64,000 nt of DNA from Geopsychrobacteraceae bacterium (GTDB lineage: Bacteria; Desulfobacterota; Desulfuromonadia; Desulfuromonadales; Geopsychrobacteraceae). Below the pieces are notes generated by a model that was not told where the DNA came from, did not search any database, and saw only the letters and a program-made list of their open reading frames with translations. The translations under genes were made by a program, and so were the position numbers. The stretch is taken from NCBI GenBank assembly GCA_963676795.2, contig CAXXTB010000002.1, positions 800,001 through 864,000 of the forward strand, in the 5' to 3' direction. Shown here in pieces: positions 24,312 through 34,513 of the stretch (position 1 is the stretch's first letter; every line of letters begins with the position of its first letter).

Positions 24312-27300
24312 TCAGCCCACTCCTTCCAGGAATTCTCGGACAATTTTTTTCTGGAGTGAATCGATCTGGGCAAAGGCCTGTTTGAGCATGGCATCATCCA
24401 TGTTGCTGAGACTGTCGATGAGAAGGTTGTTGTCCGGTGCAAGGCCCTGTTCCGTCCAGGATAGCTGGGCCTGGAAACGACGGCGCATGAGAAACTCATA
24501 TGCGCCCCGGATGGCTTCGATCTCGGCATGTTGCAGAACCCCCTTCCATTCCAGGGCCTCGATGCGGTCGAGGGTGTGGGTGTAGGGAAGCCTGTGGTAC
24601 AGCGCGTAGAGTCTGGCATAGCAGACCAGCGGCATCAGCATTTCCTTGAGGTTGAGTCTGCCGGCCTCTTCCGCGGGGCCGCCCGGTTTGATGAATTTGC
24701 CGAGCAGTCTGGCCGGTGCCTTGAAGAGCAGGGCGTTCTTGGCCAGATGCGACAGAAAACGCGGCCTGTCCCTGAGTTTTGTAAAGATATGCTCCTGCAG
24801 CTCGCGGGCGAGATGTGTTTCTCCAAAGACCGGACGAAAATCAAGACTGATGCTGACATCGAGAAGTTCCTGGGGCTCGGCCTTCATGATCCACTCGGAG
24901 AAGCTTTCCTTCCATTGCGACAGTGGCTTGCACCACTTTGGATTGCTGGCCATCACTTCGCCGAGACACAGGGCATAGCCGCCTTCATCGAGCAGACGGC
25001 AGACCTTTTCCCCAAGGGTGAGAAAATAACGGGCCGGGTCAGGGGCGGCCGGGTCCTTGGCCAGCGCGGGATCGCTATCTTCGTAGATGATGGCATTGTC
25101 CTGGTCGGTGAGTAGGGTCTGCTCCTGACGCCCCTGGCTGCCCATGGCGATGAAGGCAAATTGTGCCGGCGGTGGCCCCAGTTCCTCTATCGACAGTTCA
25201 ATGAAACGGCTGGTGGCCGCATCACAGACCTGCGAGTTCATATAGGCAACTGTACGCGGATTGGCACCGGCATAAATCAGTGACCCGGCAAGAGCCGGAA
25301 GCATTCTGCAGCAACGGATCACCTGCTCAGAATCTTCCGCCCTGGCGATTTCCTGCAGCAGGGCCACCGGCCCGTAGCGGTGGAACTGCAAAAGATCGGT
25401 GATGTGAATCGTGCGTGTGACTTTGCCTGTTTCGTCGACGACCACCAGATGCTGGACCTTGTTTTCTTCAAGCAGCATCAGGGCTTCGTAGACGACCGTC
25501 TGTCTGGAGACGGTCAACAGCGGGGCACTCATGATGGTCCGTACGGGATCCTTGAGGTTGGACGCAATCTTCCCGGCAACCCGCTTACGAAAATCGGTAT
25601 CGGTCACCAGTCCGATCGGTGCCCCGTTTTCCGATTCGACGACGATGCATGAGGTGTTCTGATTATTCATGATCGCGGCGGCTCTGTGGATCGGCGCCTC
25701 AACCTGACAGAAAACCGGGGCGGTCCCCATATCGTCAATGGCTTCCTGTAAAAACAGCAGCGAGGTTGACTGCCGTTCCAGAAAGGCCTGATTGGCAATT
25801 TTCTGTTGTGCGGCATCGTCGCCCTGGATATCGCGGACAAGCAGAATGACGCCCTTGCGTCCGCCGAGATCGATAGGGTTGATGGTGACGACACATTCAA
25901 GGGTGATATCCCGTGCGGCGTTCATAACGGCGTCGAAACGCCGCGAATCGTCCGTTTCTTCGGGTAATTGTCGCAGGCAGGACCAGAGCGCCGCGTTTTC
26001 GCTGGTTTGTGGCAGCAGGTCTTCAAGGGAGAGGAGTTCAAGCCTGTCGATGCTGTAGCCGGTCATCTTCAAGAAGGTGGGATTGCCATATCGGCAGCGA
26101 TTGTCAAGTACCAGCAGGGTCCCTTCCGTTGTCGCTTCAACGAGCGAGCGATAGCGTTGTTCCGCCTGGCTCAGATCCTCCTGCATATCGAGACGCCGGT
26201 TCTCCTGCAAGACACTCTGTCGCACGTTGACGAGCAGAACGATGAGAATCAGGACGACAATGCCGGTCAGTGTACAGGTCAGTTTTTTTTCAATCTGCCA
26301 GATCTCCCGATGAACATCGTCGACGTACATACCGGTGCCGATAATCCAGTTCCATGGTGCGAATCTGACGACATAGGATTCCTTTGCCGCCAGGCGGTCC
26401 GGATCATCCTGCCACTGCCAGACATAGGCGACAAAGCCAGCACCGCGTTCTTTCACCGTTTCGACAAACTTGACGAAAATGGGGATGCCACCGGGATCCT
26501 TGAAGTTGGAGAGGTCCTTGCCGTTGAGATCTGGGCGATAGGGATGCATGATCATGCGTGGAGTCATGTCCTGAATCCAGAAATAGTCCTTGCCATTCTT
26601 CCCGAAACGCAGGGCGTTGATCGTCTTGCTCACCTGTTGCTGCGCCTCCGCCCGGGAAACCTTGCCGAGCAGTTCATCCTGATGGGCCTCGGCAAGCAGG
26701 CTCAGGGTTATATTGGTGTACTCCTGAATTGTATTCCGTTTGCGATCGATCAGGATCTCTTCAAGTGACGGGAGGACCATGCCCCATATGGCGATCATAA
26801 AGAGCAGGATCGCCAGGAGTGATGGCAGAACAATGCGCGGGCGCAGAAATATCCATGGGGTACGCCTTTTTTTGCGCGTTGTTTCAGGGCGCGGGGATTC
26901 AATGTCCAGGTCCATCGGCAGCGGAGCATTGCTGAGCGAGTGCACCGTTTTCCGCCACATCTCGCTGGGAATATCGCAGTAGAAACTGTCATCGATGATG
27001 GCAGTCATCTTGTGAATGTCGGTCCCGGCGCAGACCAGTAATTCATGGCCCTCCATGGCCTTGCGCAGGGCTTCCTGTTCCGCGGCTGTTCCGCTGCCAC
27101 TGTAGCCCTCGAAGCCGTCCAGACCCATTTTCTTTAATTCTTCGATGGTGGCGCAAACGATTTCCAGATCGCGATCGATGACCAGTGGATGGGCTAGAAA
27201 GGCGCGACCGCCGCTACGATGGACCAGGGCAATGGCCTCCTCGGTTGTGAGGTAGCCATTCTCAACCACACCAGGTGCCGGATTTCCGCTTGGGGCGGCT

Positions 27301-27659
27301 GCCTGCTGCGACGGCATCTGGCGGAGCGGTCCCTGCAACTTGGAACGGCGATTGTATCTGAGATGTTCGAGGGTTGAGAGGAGCTCATGGTCTGAAATAT
27401 CGATGCCGTAGCCGAGCAGATGTAGTTCTTTGCCATTGTGGAAGCTGGTGATTTCAACGCCGGAGAGAAAGCCGATATGATGTCGCTTCAAGGCCTCGTG
27501 GAAACGGGCGACTCCTGCGACGGAATCATGATCCGTGAGCGCAGCGAATTGCACCTTCGCTTCCGCCAGCTTTTGGGCAAGCCATTCAGGCGAATGCTCA
27601 CCATCGCTGAAGGTTGAATGACAGTGGAGGTTGACGCGTATGGTTGCACTTGGGACCAT
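24312..27659 (-). CDS. Membrane multidomain protein: PHP - TM - sCache_2 - TM - PAS - CBS pair - DUF294 nucleotidyltransferase - DUF294_C
   Basis: PHP: HCHS, TDHD, GVE, AHP, GTDIH. TM about aa 276-296. Cache: DYFWI..MIMHPY..K.SYV..WNWIIGTGMY. TM about aa 464-479. PAS: RYRSLVE...VRDI. CBS: GLVTDTDFR, IMSAP. NTase: AMGSQGRQEQTLLTDQDNAII, MASNPKW. Confidence 0.88.
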   Translation of the reverse strand: MVPSATIRVNLHCHSTFSDGEHSPEWLAQKLAEAKVQFAALTDHDSVAGVARFHEALKRHHIGFLSGVEITSFHNGKELHLLGYGIDISDHELLSTLEHLRYNRRSKLQGPLRQMPSQQAAAPSGNPAPGVVENGYLTTEEAIALVHRSGGRAFLAHPLVIDRDLEIVCATIEELKKMGLDGFEGYSGSGTAAEQEALRKAMEGHELLVCAGTDIHKMTAIIDDSFYCDIPSEMWRKTVHSLSNAPLPMDLDIESPRPETTRKKRRTPWIFLRPRIVLPSLLAILLFMIAIWGMVLPSLEEILIDRKRNTIQEYTNITLSLLAEAHQDELLGKVSRAEAQQQVSKTINALRFGKNGKDYFWIQDMTPRMIMHPYRPDLNGKDLSNFKDPGGIPIFVKFVETVKERGAGFVAYVWQWQDDPDRLAAKESYVVRFAPWNWIIGTGMYVDDVHREIWQIEKKLTCTLTGIVVLILIVLLVNVRQSVLQENRRLDMQEDLSQAEQRYRSLVEATTEGTLLVLDNRCRYGNPTFLKMTGYSIDRLELLSLEDLLPQTSENAALWSCLRQLPEETDDSRRFDAVMNAARDITLECVVTINPIDLGGRKGVILLVRDIQGDDAAQQKIANQAFLERQSTSLLFLQEAIDDMGTAPVFCQVEAPIHRAAAIMNNQNTSCIVVESENGAPIGLVTDTDFRKRVAGKIASNLKDPVRTIMSAPLLTVSRQTVVYEALMLLEENKVQHLVVVDETGKVTRTIHITDLLQFHRYGPVALLQEIARAEDSEQVIRCCRMLPALAGSLIYAGANPRTVAYMNSQVCDAATSRFIELSIEELGPPPAQFAFIAMGSQGRQEQTLLTDQDNAIIYEDSDPALAKDPAAPDPARYFLTLGEKVCRLLDEGGYALCLGEVMASNPKWCKPLSQWKESFSEWIMKAEPQELLDVSISLDFRPVFGETHLARELQEHIFTKLRDRPRFLSHLAKNALLFKAPARLLGKFIKPGGPAEEAGRLNLKEMLMPLVCYARLYALYHRLPYTHTLDRIEALEWKGVLQHAEIEAIRGAYEFLMRRRFQAQLSWTEQGLAPDNNLLIDSLSNMDDAMLKQAFAQIDSLQKKIVREFLEGVG

Positions 27660-27662
27660 ATT

Positions 27663-27761
27663 TTTCTTTTCCCCTGGGGAGAAGGTGCCCCGAAGGGGGG
27701 GAGGGGGCCTTTCTGTGCAGTTTCGCCCCTCACCCCGCCCCCCTCCCTTAGGGAGAGGGGA
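27663..27761. repeat. REP-like GC-rich palindromic repeat
   Basis: CCCTGGGGAGAAGGTGCCCCGAAGGGG...CCCCTCACCCCGCCCCCTCCCTTAGGGAGAGGGG; stem-loops of a widespread REP-like type. Confidence 0.65.
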
Positions 27762-27816
27762 TGTTTATGTTTTTGCAGGGCTTTTCGGTCCTGCTCGAAG
27801 CGTTAACGCAATGGCA

Positions 27817-29535
27817 TCAGTCAGTGTCGGGTTGATGCGCAATGGCCATGAATTTTTCCGGATCATCGCCGGTGTCTTTGGTCAGCACGGAAACGATAAT
27901 CAGGACGATAGCGGAAGCGATGACACCGAAGAGTCCGGGGCCGCCGCCGACGGGCAGGCCGATGATGGTGTAGCCGGCTCCTTTGGCGAAGAGCAGAACG
28001 ATGAAAATCACCGATACGATGAGGCCGGTGAGGACACTGGCCATGACTGCCTGTTTGGTGGTGCGTTTCCACCAGAGTGTTGCACACATCGCCGGGAAGA
28101 CGGCACTGGCAGCGATACCGAAGGCCAGCATGACGAGCCAGGCGATGTTTTCCCCCTTGAGGAAGACGGCCAGGCAGACGGCGATGGCGGACATGGCCAG
28201 GGTGGTGATCTTGGCGATGCGGAGTTCCTGTTTCTCGCTGGCATTACGGTTGATGTAGACCTTGTAGAGGTCGTGACTGACCGAAGAGGCGACGGTGATC
28301 ATCAGTCCGGCGGATGTCGACAGGATCGCTGCGACGGCACCTGCGGCACCGATGGCCATCAACCAGGTTCCGCCGACACGGAAGCTCATCTCGAGAACGG
28401 CCATGTTTTTCGCGAGACCGACACCGAGCGTCCCCTGCGATATCCAGGTGACCAGTTTGGGGTAGATGCCGGGGAAGAGCAGGAAGCCGAGAATGATGGC
28501 TGCCAGATAGAAGAGCCCGAGGGCAACGATACAGAGGGCGACGCTTTTTTTGGCCGCTCTGGCACTCGGCACGGTGAAAAACATGATCAGGATGTGCGGC
28601 AGGCCGGCGGTACCGAAGACCAGTGCGACAACTGTGGATATCATGGCCAGGGTGCTTGAGGTTTTGACGCCGATGGTCATGGCCGATTGGGCATCGGGCA
28701 TCATCTGGCGGGCAACCTGAATAGCCTGGTCCGGCGGCAGATTCCTGATGGCTTCGACAACCTCCATGTTCTGACCTGCAAGCAGCGGCGGCACAACCTC
28801 TTTGGCCATGTCAAAGACCTGCAGGAAGTTGCCATGGCCCACCTTGAAAAAGGCCAGAGTGATCAGGACGGCCATCGTACCCCAGAGGAACAGGGCCTGG
28901 ACAACCTGATTGTACAGGGTCGCCTTCATGCCGCCGAAGATGATATAGATACACATCAGCAGGCCGAGACCGATAGTGACCCAGACGAAGTTCCAGTGCA
29001 GCAGCAGCTCGAAGAGAAGGCCGGCGCCGAGCATCTGCGGAACCAGGTAGAAGGTTGAGATGATAACGGTACAGAGCATGACGCACAGCTTGATGCGGTC
29101 ATCGTTGTAACGGCTGTTCAGGGCACCGGCAACGGTAAAGGAGCCGATGTTGCGCAAGGGGCCTGCTATCAGCAGCAGAACGGCCATATAGCCACCGAAA
29201 AAGCCGATGGATAGCCAGATGGAGTCAAGGCCGTAGACGCCGATATCACCGGCACAACCGAGGAAGCTGGCAGCGGAAAGATAGCTGCCGGTCATGGCGA
29301 TACCGACCTGAACCCAGGGGACACCCTTGCCGGCGACATAGAAGTCGCTGGTCGATTTCATGCTGCGGCTGGTCCACCAGGTGATGACGATGCTGACGAG
29401 GACGAAGAACAGGATAAAGCCGATGACGATCGGAATGTTCAAGGTCGCCTCTTCTTGTCCGGTGGCTGCCAAGACCTGCAGCGGCGCTATCAGGACAACC
29501 AGTAAAAGGATAAGATGTCTGAGGTAGTTAAGCAT
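27817..29535 (-). CDS. Solute:sodium symporter, ActP (acetate/monocarboxylate)-like
   Basis: DFYVAG, YLSAASFLG, YLVPQMLGAG, FGGMKAT, FGTAGLPHIL..FFTVP and AVAAILST.AGL...ASSVSHDLY; start at ATG 29535. Confidence 0.9.
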   Translation of the reverse strand: MLNYLRHLILLLVVLIAPLQVLAATGQEEATLNIPIVIGFILFFVLVSIVITWWTSRSMKSTSDFYVAGKGVPWVQVGIAMTGSYLSAASFLGCAGDIGVYGLDSIWLSIGFFGGYMAVLLLIAGPLRNIGSFTVAGALNSRYNDDRIKLCVMLCTVIISTFYLVPQMLGAGLLFELLLHWNFVWVTIGLGLLMCIYIIFGGMKATLYNQVVQALFLWGTMAVLITLAFFKVGHGNFLQVFDMAKEVVPPLLAGQNMEVVEAIRNLPPDQAIQVARQMMPDAQSAMTIGVKTSSTLAMISTVVALVFGTAGLPHILIMFFTVPSARAAKKSVALCIVALGLFYLAAIILGFLLFPGIYPKLVTWISQGTLGVGLAKNMAVLEMSFRVGGTWLMAIGAAGAVAAILSTSAGLMITVASSVSHDLYKVYINRNASEKQELRIAKITTLAMSAIAVCLAVFLKGENIAWLVMLAFGIAASAVFPAMCATLWWKRTTKQAVMASVLTGLIVSVIFIVLLFAKGAGYTIIGLPVGGGPGLFGVIASAIVLIIVSVLTKDTGDDPEKFMAIAHQPDTD

Positions 29536-29768
29536 TATTTTGCCCTCCAGAACCAGATGATCATGATGACCCAGGACACGGGAAAAACGAGCAGGGAAAG
29601 CAGTACGCCGAGTGGCAGCCCAAGAGCGGGGATGGAGGCAACGTCCTTGAAGGTCGGCGTCTGGATGCATGCCGAAACCAGGTAGAAAATAAAAAAGATG
29701 AAAAACAAACTGAAATTGAATAACGCCTTTTTCTTTAATACATGATTGGATTCTGAACCAGGTGTCAT
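29535..29768 (-). CDS. DUF485 (YjcH/MctB-like) two-TM symporter partner
   Basis: 77 aa with two hydrophobic segments, AAGGAGG SD, and a stop/start overlap with the symporter. Confidence 0.75.
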   Translation of the reverse strand: MTPGSESNHVLKKKALFNFSLFFIFFIFYLVSACIQTPTFKDVASIPALGLPLGVLLSLLVFPVSWVIMIIWFWRAK

Positions 29769-30041
29769 AATTCCTCCTTTACGAGTTGTTGTTTCCAATA
29801 TTAAATATCGTTCTATCAGGAAGGGCTCTTACAACTTTACAGGAAAATATAAATTTTACAGGGGGGGAAGGCTGATATTAAGAATAAAAAGATACGCAGG
29901 TCAGGCCAATATGTATGGAGTTGTTTTCGGCTCTATAAAAATTGAGGCTGAACAGCAGCGCTCTGATGCAGCCTTTGGCTAGTTTGTAGCCCTGTTATGC
30001 TTAACAACGACCTCTTGATATTTTTTTCGTAAGTTTTATAC

Positions 30042-30076
30042 AAAAAATGGCCTCTCATCCAGCGAGAGGCCATTTT
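30042..30076 (-). terminator. Intrinsic terminator
   Basis: AAAATGGCCTCTC-N7-GAGAGGCCATTTT, with a T run on the minus strand. Confidence 0.8.
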
Positions 30077-30156
30077 AGGTAGTGTTTTTACCCTCGTTAT
30101 GTCCGGTGGTAACATTCTTATATAGTTTGCTTGTGCGGTAGTGGATATCTGTGTTT

Positions 30157-31392
30157 TTATCTCGTCTTGAAGCTAACATCAAAGGGGTATTGTGGATTAG
30201 AAATAATATTTTCCAGGGTTTTGAGGCTGGATTCAAAGTTGTTGTCATTGTTGAAAATTGTATATTCGGTCGGGCACTGCCTGGAAAAATGTTCAAACAT
30301 CATCTGATCATATAGCCGATGCCCGGCGGTCGTAATTTCCTGCTTTCGTTCTTGGACTGTTTCAAAGCTGGCAATGCAATGGATTGTCGGTGTTCTTTGA
30401 CCCAGGAAGTTTGAAATCGGATAGTACCTAGACCAGCGTGGCTTGTCTGTTTGGCGATGCAGGCATAAAAAATCAGCTAGGCTGCGGTCGTAAATCATAA
30501 TCTTGTTACGGTTTGAAAGTTTTTTCAATGTGAGCCCCAGGCAGGCACGCAGATAGATCAGTCCGGAAAATCTTTCATCAAACAGATCCCGGCTAGGGTA
30601 GATCGGACGTAACAGAAGTAGCGATATTTTGTAGAGCATGGATAGACGGTAAAGGCGTTTTCCGCGAAAAGATTTGGCTTGGGGGGAGGTTCTTTTGGCC
30701 AATGCCATTGCCAGGGAGGTTTTCCCGACCCCGTCACATCCCATAATGCACAACATGTTTCGGCCCCCCTGCAATCTCTTTTTATAGTTATTTTTGGTCG
30801 GAGTTTGCTTCACGGTCAGGGCTTCTAAAATCAATTTCAATGTTGCGTGCAGATCCTGCTTATTCACCTGCCTATTTTCAACCGTCCGTTGCAGAGCTTC
30901 CAGGACAAGAGTCTCGCTGCATCTGCCCAGATAAACTTCCAGTCTCTGGTTGATGTAATTCAAAGCCAAGTCCTTATTCTTTAACCTGAGGTGGTGCAGG
31001 TAAATACTGGCTTCAATATCAACCTTAAGGCGGCAGATTGAGAGATTATCTTTGTTCTCGGCAGCAGCTTGTAAGGCCTCCCAGGTCAGGGAAACTTTTG
31101 TCCCGAACAGTTGGGGAAGGACATACCAAAAATCCAGCCTCAGGCTCTTCAGCCCGTCCCGTGAAAATAAAATCAGCACTTTTTTGCCAAATTTGCGGGC
31201 TCCGATATGGGCATGGCAATAGCCGTTTTGGACCCAGGTGTAGGCTTCAGCAATTAACGCATTAATCGATTCTTCACTGGCCAGGAAATCAACATCGCCA
31301 CGATTGATATCAGCAGCGGAAATAAGCTCTCCACGTAGTTGAATCAACTGCCAGGGGCCTGACAGCATTTTGCTGATACATTTTTCTAGCAT
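30157..31392 (-). CDS. Hypothetical protein: nucleotidyltransferase-like N-terminus plus thymidylate-kinase-like P-loop C-terminus
   Basis: RGDVDFL and LRLDF; CIMGCDGVGKT Walker A, IYDRS and RKQE; more AT-rich than its neighbours. Confidence 0.6.
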   Translation of the reverse strand: MLEKCISKMLSGPWQLIQLRGELISAADINRGDVDFLASEESINALIAEAYTWVQNGYCHAHIGARKFGKKVLILFSRDGLKSLRLDFWYVLPQLFGTKVSLTWEALQAAAENKDNLSICRLKVDIEASIYLHHLRLKNKDLALNYINQRLEVYLGRCSETLVLEALQRTVENRQVNKQDLHATLKLILEALTVKQTPTKNNYKKRLQGGRNMLCIMGCDGVGKTSLAMALAKRTSPQAKSFRGKRLYRLSMLYKISLLLLRPIYPSRDLFDERFSGLIYLRACLGLTLKKLSNRNKIMIYDRSLADFLCLHRQTDKPRWSRYYPISNFLGQRTPTIHCIASFETVQERKQEITTAGHRLYDQMMFEHFSRQCPTEYTIFNNDNNFESSLKTLENIISNPQYPFDVSFKTR

Positions 31393-31435
31393 AAATAGAG
31401 CCTGTCTGTTTTATCGATAATGTACAAGTTAATGA

Positions 31436-31511
31436 TCTGCACCAACGGCATGTTCTGTTGGTGCAGAACGAGATAAAACAATAGCACCCCGCCGTGGAAC
31501 AGGGTGCTATT
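31436..31511 (-). terminator. Two hairpins downstream of ettA (probable terminator)
   Basis: AATAGCACCC...GGGTGCTATT and CTGCACCAAC...GTTGGTGCAG inverted repeats. Confidence 0.6.
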
Positions 31512-31596
31512 CGCAATAATCAATTCGTTAAATGATACAGTCCATGATTTTCGGAAGTCCTTATATTCCGGCAATCAGTTTGTATGCAGTTATCGA

Positions 31597-33273
<1,677 letters not shown>

Positions 33274-33364
33274 GCCTGACCTTTAATGGTATGAATGATT
33301 AGATTGCTGATTTAACGAGGTAAAAAGGGATTGTATAGCATCCTCGCAGGGCTTGCCGCAAGTC

Positions 33365-34513
33365 TCACTTTTGCTGATTGAGTTCTTCTCGGGCATTCTC
33401 TTCCATCTGTTCGATGGCAATAAGAAAGGACTGGGTCAGTTGCGGGTGGAGCAGTTGCCCGCTGCTCTCCGTCATGATCTGTTTGATCTGGGCGAAGGTC
33501 AGCGGCTCCTTGTAGGTCCGTCTGGTACGCAGTGCGTCATAAACGTCGGAGATGGTCGTCATGTAACTGCAGGTATTGAGTTGCCAATGGTCCGGAGTTT
33601 GTGGGTAGCCCTTGCCGTTGTAGCCGATGTGGTGCTCGTAGGCATTGAGCACAGCCAGCTTGGGTGCCCCCGGGCAGCGCAGCAGGTACTCGGCCCCCAG
33701 TTGCGGGTGAAGCTGCATCCGGGCCCACTCCTCCGGCTCCAGCTTGGCTTGCTTGTTGAGAATGTCCGGTGAGATGAACATCTTACCGACATCGTGAAGC
33801 ATCGCCGCGATGCCGATCTGATTGAGGATCGGGCCTGCAAAGCCGAGCAGCCGGGCCTGGGCCAGGTTGAGCAGGCAGATGTTGGTTGAATGGATGTAGG
33901 CATATTCATCCATGGAGCGCAGCGGTGCCAGAGCCAGCAGGGCCGAGCTGTGGGTGCTGAAGGCTGAGACAAAATCGCTGACAAGTTCAGAGATTCCGCC
34001 GATGTCGACATGTTTGCTGCGGCCGGCGGAAGCCTGGAAATCGTAAAATCTGTCAGCGCCGCCCTGGCGGATTTCTGTCGCGACTTCTTCTTGCTCAGAG
34101 GACGACTGCTGCCGGTTGCGCACGGCAATACGGCCAAAGCGGATGTGTTCCGTTTTTCTGGGCTCTTCTTTTCGGCTGCGCTTGCTCAGGGTTGCTGCCA
34201 GCCTGATCATCTCTTCGCTGGAGACCCCTGAGCTGATTTCCAGAAAGCTGATCTGCTGGGCGGTCAGGGTTTCAATCAGCCGGTCTGTCATCATGTTGCT
34301 CGGAACCGGATGGTCATTGAAGATCAGCTCACTGTTGACGATCTTGAAGGTCACAACCCGATGGTCATTGAGGAGCAGACGTATCTCTTCGCGGGCCAGC
34401 TGGCAGAGGTGGAGAACCTGAGGGTGCTCACTGTCGTAGAGGGAGATGTTGGCCGCCGCCGTAGTGATCCGGCGAATAAAGGCGACCAGGTATTTCTGCT
34501 CCTTGAACGTCAT
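33365..34513 (-). CDS. HD-GYP phosphodiesterase (copy 2)
   Basis: DEYAYIHSTN, LHDVGK, EHHIGYNGKGYP and DVYDALRTRRTYK. Confidence 0.9.
   Translation of the reverse strand: MTFKEQKYLVAFIRRITTAAANISLYDSEHPQVLHLCQLAREEIRLLLNDHRVVTFKIVNSELIFNDHPVPSNMMTDRLIETLTAQQISFLEISSGVSSEEMIRLAATLSKRSRKEEPRKTEHIRFGRIAVRNRQQSSSEQEEVATEIRQGGADRFYDFQASAGRSKHVDIGGISELVSDFVSAFSTHSSALLALAPLRSMDEYAYIHSTNICLLNLAQARLLGFAGPILNQIGIAAMLHDVGKMFISPDILNKQAKLEPEEWARMQLHPQLGAEYLLRCPGAPKLAVLNAYEHHIGYNGKGYPQTPDHWQLNTCSYMTTISDVYDALRTRRTYKEPLTFAQIKQIMTESSGQLLHPQLTQSFLIAIEQMEENAREELNQQK

Noticed and set aside
27631..29058. Acidic 342-aa and 123-aa plus-strand ORFs
   Set aside because: Antisense to the hydrophobic symporter; the acidic bias is the expected mirror of hydrophobic codons.
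29940..30156. c-di-GMP-I riboswitch upstream of the symporter operon
   Set aside because: Only a GCAAAC fragment; the paired stems and the GCAAAG element are not present.
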